The notes beneath the pieces are model-generated. The model made no database searches, was not told the DNA's origin, and worked only from the letters and a program-made list of their open reading frames with translations. Source: Ignavibacteriota bacterium (GTDB taxonomy: Bacteria > Bacteroidota > Ignavibacteria > UBA10030 > CAVZMI01). From it: a stretch of 64,000 nucleotides of DNA. The first letter of the stretch is position 1, and each line of letters starts with the position of its first letter. The position numbers and the translations under genes were made by a program. Positions 57,309 through 64,000 of this stretch are shown one piece after another. The stretch spans positions 32,001-96,000 of the forward strand of contig CAVZMI010000018.1 of NCBI GenBank assembly GCA_963776275.1. The letters run 5' to 3'.

Positions 57309-57779
57309 TTAAATTTCGAAGTAATTTGCCTCTTCAGTTTTGAAAGTTGCCAGAACCTCCTGCGCCGACTTGCATGCGAGGAGCTTTTTTCGAAATTCTT
57401 CTTTATTCATCAGACGGGAGATTCTGCTCAGAAGCTTGATATGAGGTCCGACAAGGCTGTCCTTTCCGATGAGAAGAAACACCAACCGTACCGGTTGATC
57501 GTCGAGTGCCTGATAATCGATCGGCCGTTCTGTGAGGGCGAATGCTGCGGCAATATCCGAGACGGCATCTGTTTTTCCGTGCGGGATTGCGAAGCCGTTA
57601 CCAACGCCGGTGGACATGATTTTTTCCCGTTCGAAGATTGCCTGGCGCACTCTTTCTTTGTCAATAATTTTTTTGGATGTCCCAACAATATCGATCATTG
57701 CATTTATGATTTCGGTTTTGTTTACGCCGGGAAGATTGGTACGGATAAATTGTTCTTCAAGGATCTCGCTGATTTTCAT
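57309..57779 (-). CDS. PTS IIA (fructose/Ntr type) domain protein
   Basis: RE...STGVG.GFAIPHGK, D.QPV.LVFLL, HIKLLSRISR. Confidence 0.92.
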   Translation of the reverse strand: MKISEILEEQFIRTNLPGVNKTEIINAMIDIVGTSKKIIDKERVRQAIFEREKIMSTGVGNGFAIPHGKTDAVSDIAAAFALTERPIDYQALDDQPVRLVFLLIGKDSLVGPHIKLLSRISRLMNKEEFRKKLLACKSAQEVLATFKTEEANYFEI

Positions 57780-57830
57780 GATTTCACTATGCTCCTTACA
57801 GGAAAAAACTGCGTCCGAGATTTCTTCTCG

Positions 57831-60342
57831 TCACGCATCTCGCCATTTCAAAAATTTTCGTTCATATTCATCGCTGAGTTGCTTCGCGGTCGTCCAGTCA
57901 CGTGCCTCCACATTAATATGGAACAACGGCCGTTCCCGATCAGGCAATAGAAGGATTGAAGCGAAGCTCTCGGGCGGCTCGAGATAGATTTTTACTCCAT
58001 CAATCAGATCGCGGCGCATATGTTCGGTTTCTTTGATAATATGCCGCATAACTTTCCCTTTATAATCCCATGCGCAGCTTATACTCTTCTTCACAAATCG
58101 GAGGCGGGGAAGCGTTTGGTCGAGTTCTGCGAGACGAAGCCTGGAAATTGCCATTAATTCCAGAATCTTCGCTATGGCAAACATCCCGTCGGTCGCCTTC
58201 AGGAAGTCTGGAAAAATAAAGCCGCCTTTTGTCCCTCCGACGAAGGAAATGCCGGGGTCGGAAATGACATCCATCATCGAGTAATGATTATCCTTGGTCC
58301 GTATGACGATAACGCCGTGTTCCTGTCCGATAAGGTCGACCTCGCGCGTTGCAGTTATCGGTACGGCAACTTTTTTTGTGTCCGGATTTGATGCAAGGAA
58401 GAGTTTTAAAACGATTGTCAGAAATCGATCCTGGCTTATGAGCTCACCCCGGTCATCGACAAGGGAAAGCTTTTCTCCTCCTGCGTCGATCATAAGGCCG
58501 ACGTCATATTTAAGTGAAAGGACAATATCAGAGAGTTGTTTCATCGAAGTTTCGAATTCCTCCGAAGTCCGTGTCAGTTTCGCCGGATCGAGGTATGCGT
58601 TTAATGCGACGACCTGGCAGTTCAGCAAGCCGAGGATCGTAGGAAATATTGTTGATGCGACGCCGTTTGAATAATCGATGACGATTTTGAAATTCGCCTT
58701 CTTAATCTGTTCGATGTTGAGGCGCTTGATGAAATGATCACGATATGACTCGGAAGCGCGATCAGAAAACGTCATACTGCCGACCTTCGAAAATTCTGCA
58801 CGCCGGAAATCCTCGCTGAGGAACAGGCGTTCAATTGCCCTGGTTTTGCCGACCGGGAGATCCTTGCCGGTATTTTCAAAGACAATGATATCCGTGAGGT
58901 GTTTGTCGAATGGTGATTTCCGTGTATGGACTCCGCCTTCGGCTGTTCCTGATTGGGCGAGTTCATGACGAAGGACAGGAATTGAGACCGTCCTGAGATC
59001 GTAGATATTGACCCCGGCGGACATCAATCCCGCCATGAGAGCACGATTCATCATTCGGGACACATTATCTGAATCGCGGCTAACGATAACAGTCTTACCG
59101 GAACCGACGTATGCACCGATCGCTGCACCGAGTCTGGAACCGAATTCCGGCGTCATCTCGATATTCGAGAGTCCTGTAATCCGTGAATCGGTGAACAATT
59201 CACGCAGCCACCGGTCTTCCCATATCAGGCTCCGGGATAATGTTGCCCTGTCTTCGATGACTTTCTCGGGCCAGAGCTTGATATTTGCGGAGAGGTGCGC
59301 TTCCTGACCGATGTAACAATGGTCGCTGATGAAGACATTTTCATCGATGACTGCTCCCGAACCGATCACGCAATCGCTTCCGATCACGTCATTGGAAATC
59401 TCTGTGCGCTCTCCGATTTTTACATGACCCCACACTACAGCGTTATGAAGTGAGGCGCCTGCGTATATGATCGTTCCATCGCCGATGACCACGTTATGGA
59501 GACGGACATTCTCATGGATTGTGCAGCCCTTTCCGATGACAACCTTCCCTGTCAGGTTTTTTTGACTGGTGTGGAGCGTCGAGCCTTCGCCGAGAAATCC
59601 ATAGGATGTCGGGTTTCCCTCGATTGCAACATGAGACCTTTCCATGAAGATAATCGAGGTGTGCATCCTGATACTCGTTGAGTGTTCCGATATCGCGCCA
59701 GTATCGGTCTGAAATATATCCGTAAAGTCCCAGATCCTGTTCCATCATAAACGGGAATAGGTCTTTGCTAAAATCAAATTCTTCTTTTGTCGGGATCAGT
59801 TCCATTACGGATGGTTCCAGGATGTAGATTCCGGTATTTACCGTATCACTGAAGACTTCCCCCCACGAAGGTTTTTCGAGGAACCGGGTAATTTTCCCCT
59901 GTTTATTGGTGATCACAACGCCATACTGCAGCGGATTCTTCACCCGTGTGAGTACCAGTGTCGCACGGGCTTTTCGTTCTTCATGAAATCGAATCGCCTC
60001 CGAGAGATCGCAATCTGTCAATACATCGCCGCTGATGATCACAAAACGGTCGTTCAGCAATGAAGAAGCATTACGGACGCTTCCAGCCGTCCCGTAATCG
60101 GCTTCCGCCTTGACGTATCTTAGAGAAACTCCGAATTTCGAGCCGTCGCCGAAATAGCGTGTGATGACTTCCGGTTGATAAAAGAGAGTAGCGACCAGAT
60201 CGGTGATACCGTGAGAATGCAGCAGTTCAATGATATGCTGCATCATCGGTTTATTCATCACTGGTACTATCGGCTTGGGAATGTTACACGTTAGTGGACG
60301 TAAGCGTGTCCCGAAACCTCCGGCCATTATCACTGCTTTCAT
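57831..60342 (-). CDS. Sugar-1-phosphate nucleotidyltransferase (mannose-1-phosphate guanylyltransferase-like) with hexapeptide and phosphomannomutase-like domains; frameshift near 59630
   Basis: MAGGFGTRLRPLT..PKP, GTAGSV, FLEKPSW, YWRDIG, LbH repeats, then a PGM/PMM-like fold (GL.N.E.TPEF...LGAA). Confidence 0.85.
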
Positions 60343-60475
60343 GTGAATCCCGGCATTACGAAAAGATACGGGGTGGGGTTAGATGTATTTATCAAAGTAC
60401 AGAAAAAAAGCGTATGCTGCAAGCTATACTCTCGACATTCAAGTATAATAAGCTTCCTTGTCCATTCTTGCACCA

Positions 60476-61246
60476 TCATGTTTTTTTTCTCACATTATTA
60501 ATGAGGCTTGCCGCGAATCCCGCGCCGAATCCGTTATCTATATTTACAACGGTTACACCGGCAGCGCATGAATTGAGCATTCCGAGCAGCGCCGATAATC
60601 CTTTAAAACTCGCGCCATATCCTATCAACGTCGGTACGGCAATCACCGGAACGTCGCATAACCCGCCAACTACGCTAGCGAGAGCCCCCTCCATGCCGGC
60701 TACGACGATGATCACACTTGCATTTCTGATTAGATTGTGATGCGACAATATACGGTGAATGCCGGCGACACCGACATCAAAAAGGGTTTTGACATGATGA
60801 CCCAGCATAGTTGCGGTCAGTACGGCTTCCTCTGCCACCGGGATATCCGACGTGCCGGCAGTGATGACCATGATATAGCGGTTTGCGGCCGAACGAGATT
60901 TTGCTTTCTTTGGAACGTTCGCAGTAATAACCCGGCATGTCGGGTGATATTTTGCATTTCGCACCACCCGTTTTATAGCACGATACTGTTCTCTTGATGC
61001 TCTTGTTGCCAGCAGTGGTTGATGGTTTTTTGTAAGCTGCTGACCGATGCGAGCCACCTGCTGTGGGGTCTTTCCCTCACAGAAGATAACTTCAGGAAAA
61101 CCCTGCCGCAGAGTCCGATGATGATCGATTGTGGCAAAACCGAGCGATTCAAAGGGAAGAAGTTCTAATGTGTTGATAACTTTCGCGAGACTATGTTTCC
61201 CGTGTTGAAATTCACGAAGATAATTTTGTAGATATTTACGATCCAT
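60476..61246 (-). CDS. larB: Nickel pincer cofactor biosynthesis protein LarB (PurE-like)
   Basis: DHHR.LRQGFPEV..CEGK, AGTSDIPVAEEA, DVGVAGIHR, VAGMEGAL.SV, GYGA, LNSC..GV.VVNIDNGFGA. Confidence 0.92.
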   Translation of the reverse strand: MDRKYLQNYLREFQHGKHSLAKVINTLELLPFESLGFATIDHHRTLRQGFPEVIFCEGKTPQQVARIGQQLTKNHQPLLATRASREQYRAIKRVVRNAKYHPTCRVITANVPKKAKSRSAANRYIMVITAGTSDIPVAEEAVLTATMLGHHVKTLFDVGVAGIHRILSHHNLIRNASVIIVVAGMEGALASVVGGLCDVPVIAVPTLIGYGASFKGLSALLGMLNSCAAGVTVVNIDNGFGAGFAASLINNVRKKT

Positions 61247-61377
61247 AAAACAAATGTTCGATAAGAGAGAAAATATAAAGAAAAATATACGACAACGAAC
61301 GAGGAGAAGCAAGTAACATCTGATTAATGAATATGTTACAAATATTGGCCAAAAATGAAATTTTCTGAAGAAAAGAC

Positions 61378-61406
61378 TTGCTCCAATTTTGAAATTATAT
61401 TATATT
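61378..61406 (+). promoter_or_regulatory. sigma70 promoter upstream of the tRNA-derived array and tRNA-Gly
   Basis: TTGCTC-N17-TATATT, ending 18 bp before the first unit; AT-rich upstream. Confidence 0.6.
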
Positions 61407-61424
61407 CAATCCGCTATGATTCAT

Positions 61425-61854
61425 GCGGGAATAGCTCAGTTGGTAGAGCGTCCCGATGAAATCGGGACCAAGATTGATGTCACGGGAGATATAACGTGAC
61501 AGTGTTAAATGCGGGAATAGCTCAGTTGGTAGAGCGTCCCGATGAAATCGGGACCAAGGTTGATGTCGTGTGAGATATAATGTGACAGTGTTAAATGCGG
61601 GAATAGCTCAGTTGGTAGAGCGTCCCGATGAAATCGGGACCAAGATTGATGTCACGGGAGATATAACGTGACAGTGTTAAATGCGGGAATAGCTCAGTTG
61701 GTAGAGCGTCCCGATGAAATCGGGACCAAGGTTGATGTCGTGTGAGATATAATGTGACAGTGTTAAATGCGGGAATAGCTCAGTTGGTAGAGCGTCCCGA
61801 TGAAATCGGGACCAAGATTGATGTCACGGGAGATATAACGTGACAGTGTTAAAT
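61425..61854 (+). repeat. Five tandem 86-bp tRNA-Gly-derived units (A-B-A-B-A)
   Basis: Units start at 61425, 61511, 61597, 61683, 61769; each is GCGGGAATAGCTCAGTTGGTAGAGCG + TCCCGATGAAATCGGGA + CCAAGRTTGATGTCRYGKG + AGATATAAYGTGACAGTGTTAAAT. Confidence 0.97.
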
Positions 61855-61927
<73 letters not shown>

Positions 61928-61975
61928 CGAGGTATCCGTCAGGGTACCTTATTTGATACACTTCCTCTTTAAATT

Positions 61976-62015
61976 GCCCCGTCGCCCCCAATCCCACCAG
62001 GTGGCGGGGCCTTTT
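61976..62015 (+). terminator. GC-rich hairpin with short U-tract between the two tRNAs
   Basis: GCCCCGTCGCC...GGTGGCGGGGC followed by CTTTT. Confidence 0.45.
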
Positions 62016-62030
62016 AATTGATGAAGTGAC

Positions 62031-62102
62031 GGCGACGTACCCAAGTGGTAAGGGAGAGGTCTGCAAAACCTTTATGCGGCGGTTCGAATCCGCCCGTCGC
62101 CT
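62031..62102 (+). tRNA. tRNA-Cys (anticodon GCA), CCA not encoded
   Basis: Acceptor GGCGACG/CGTCGCC, anticodon loop CTGCAAA, T-arm GGCGG-TTCGAAT-CCGCC, discriminator T. Confidence 0.96.
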
Positions 62103-62366
62103 CTATCTTTTCTCTATCGCGTCCGGAGCCGCTGGGTGTCCAGAGACTCTCCCCGATATAATCCCAATTGTGTGAAAAGCATGCATTCTGCCTTTCACCA
62201 TTCCCACAAAAAACATGGGGTGGGATGAGCACGAGAACGATGGAAAGAGTTTGTTCTTTCACAATAACCTTAAACATCCTCGAATTCATTTAGAATTCGT
62301 AGTATAACTTTTGTGTGGTTATTCGACACGCAGAAGTATTAATATTAGTCATACGGAGAAAAAAGA

Positions 62367-64000
62367 ATGGTTAGACGCAAAGTTACTATCGACGGAAACG
62401 AAGCTGCCGCGTATGTTGCTCATAAAGTAAACGAAGTTATCGCAATCTATCCTATTACTCCTTCATCGAATATGGGAGAATGGGCCGATGATTGGTCGGC
62501 AGCCGGTAAAAAGAATATCTGGGGCACTATACCGCTTGTGACAGAACTCCAGAGCGAAGGAGGAGCTTCAGGCGCAGTGCATGGTGCCCTTCAGACCGGA
62601 TCGTTGACAACGACATTCACTGCATCGCAGGGACTATTGCTGATGATCCCCAATATGTTCAAAATTGCAGGCGAACTCACCTCAACTGTCTTTCATGTTT
62701 CAGCACGCACCGTTGCAACACATGCGCTGTCGATCTTTGGAGATCATGGCGATGTAATGGCGACGCGATCCACAGGATTTGGTCTCATCGCTTCAAACTC
62801 GGTGCAAGAAGTGATGGATTTCGCCCTGATCGCACAGGCAGCAACGCTCGAAGCCCGTGTTCCATTGATCCATTTCTTCGACGGATTCCGGACATCGCAC
62901 GAAGTTATGAAGATCGAAGAGCTGGCGGTTGAGGATCTCAGAGCAATGATCGATGATGAATTGGTTCGCGCACATCGTGCGCGCTCGCTCTCACCGGATC
63001 ATCCTGTCACGCGCGGCACTGCACAAAATCCCGATGTGTTCTTCCAGAATCGCGAGACGGTCAATCCGTTCTACGCCGCCTGTCCGGATATCGTGCAGAA
63101 AGCAATGGATAAGTTTGCGAAAATTGTTGGTCGTCAGTACCATCTCTTCGATTATGTTGGGGCGCCCGATGCCGATCGTATTATCATTATAATGGGTTCA
63201 GGAGCCGAAGCCGCTCAAGAGACGGCAGAATATCTCAACAACCATGGAGAAAAAGTCGGCGTGGTGAAAGTCCGACTCTATCGTCCGTTTTCTGTAAGAC
63301 ACTTTATAAAATCTCTGCCAAAAACGGTGAGGGGAATTGCGGTTCTCGACCGTACAAAGGAACCGGGTGCCGCAGGTGAACCGCTATATCAGGATGTCCT
63401 CACGGCGTTGAGTGAGACGCTGATGGGTGGAACGCTTCCGATGGGGCGGTTTCCACAGGTCATAGGCGGACGCTACGGCCTCTCGTCAAAAGAATTCACA
63501 CCGGCGATGGTCAAGGCGGTTTTTGATGAATTGAAAAAAGAAAAACCGAAAAATCACTTTACAGTAGGCATCAACGAAGACGTGACGAAAAGCAGTCTCG
63601 ATTTCGATCCCCGTTTCTCGACCGAGGGTGATGATGTCGTCCGTGCAATGTTTTACGGACTCGGCGCCGATGGAACCGTTGGTGCGAATAAGAACTCGAT
63701 CAAGATCATCGGTGAAGACACCGACAATTATGCGCAGGGATATTTTGTTTACGACTCGAAAAAGTCGGGTTCAATGACGACGTTCTCATCTTCGCTTCGG
63801 CCCCGCCCGATTCATTCGACATACCTTGTTTCGAGGGCAAACTTCATTGCCTGCCATCAATGGTTTTTCCTGGAGAAGTACGATATGTTGAAAGATGCAA
63901 TTCCCGGCGCAACATTCCTACTTAACAGCTCATTCGGTCGGGATGAAGTATGGGATAAACTTCCGCGGACAGTCCAGGAACAGATCATTGAAAAGAAATT
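62367..64000 (+). CDS. nifJ: Pyruvate:ferredoxin (flavodoxin) oxidoreductase, runs off the window end
   Basis: Translated by eye from ATG 62367 (SD GGAG): IDGNEAAA, AIYPITPSS.MGE, QSEGGA.GA.HG, TTFTASQGLLLMIPN, FFDGFRTSHE, GGRYGLSSKEF, GLGADGTVGANKN; short compensated indel pair near 63783-63812. Confidence 0.95.
   Translation, partial: MVRRKVTIDGNEAAAYVAHKVNEVIAIYPITPSSNMGEWADDWSAAGKKNIWGTIPLVTELQSEGGASGAVHGALQTGSLTTTFTASQGLLLMIPNMFKIAGELTSTVFHVSARTVATHALSIFGDHGDVMATRSTGFGLIASNSVQEVMDFALIAQAATLEARVPLIHFFDGFRTSHEVMKIEELAVEDLRAMIDDELVRAHRARSLSPDHPVTRGTAQNPDVFFQNRETVNPFYAACPDIVQKAMDKFAKIVGRQYHLFDYVGAPDADRIIIIMGSGAEAAQETAEYLNNHGEKVGVVKVRLYRPFSVRHFIKSLPKTVRGIAVLDRTKEPGAAGEPLYQDVLTALSETLMGGTLPMGRFPQVIGGRYGLSSKEFTPAMVKAVFDELKKEKPKNHFTVGINEDVTKSSLDFDPRFSTEGDDVVRAMFYGLGADGTVGANKNSIKIIGEDTDNYAQGYFVYDSKKSGSMTTFSSSLRPRPIHSTYLVSRANFIACHQWFFLEKYDMLKDAIPGATFLLNSSFGRDEVWDKLPRTVQEQIIEKK

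Noticed and set aside
61425-61854. CRISPR array interpretation of the 86-bp repeats
   Set aside because: No unique spacers (only two alternating variants), the repeat is tRNA-derived, and there are no cas genes in the window.
61425-61854. Five extra functional tRNA genes (Gly or Phe)
   Set aside because: Units lack the TTCGA T-loop and the 3' acceptor strand, so they cannot form a complete cloverleaf on their own.

Overview
Core-genome window from an FCB-group bacterium, probably Ignavibacteria/Chlorobi-like (inference from gene content, sigma70 TTGACA/TATAAT-type promoters, SD sequences and an EF-P with a PGNW loop). It carries housekeeping genes (mltG, valS, purM, efp-accB-accC-gcvH-gcvPA-guaA, radC, phoH, guaB, purD, rlmB, lgt, hisS, larB, PFOR), a multi-component signalling cluster, a serpin / secreted glycoside-hydrolase-like / S46 peptidase block, and tRNA-Gly(GCC) and tRNA-Cys(GCA). 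Many genes, including essential ones, carry single-base indels, most likely errors of an unpolished long-read assembly. The most unusual structure is at 61425-61854: five tandem 86-bp tRNA-Gly-derived units in A-B-A-B-A order. They lie between a sigma70 promoter and the intact tRNA-Gly, and each carries a 17-nt palindromic hairpin in place of the 5' side of the anticodon arm. Other leads are an Lpp-like lipoprotein plus coiled-coil LysM operon behind a perfect consensus promoter, three genes with an SD-positioned ACG and no canonical start, an in-frame TAG in a large secreted protein, and nested REP-like palindromes.
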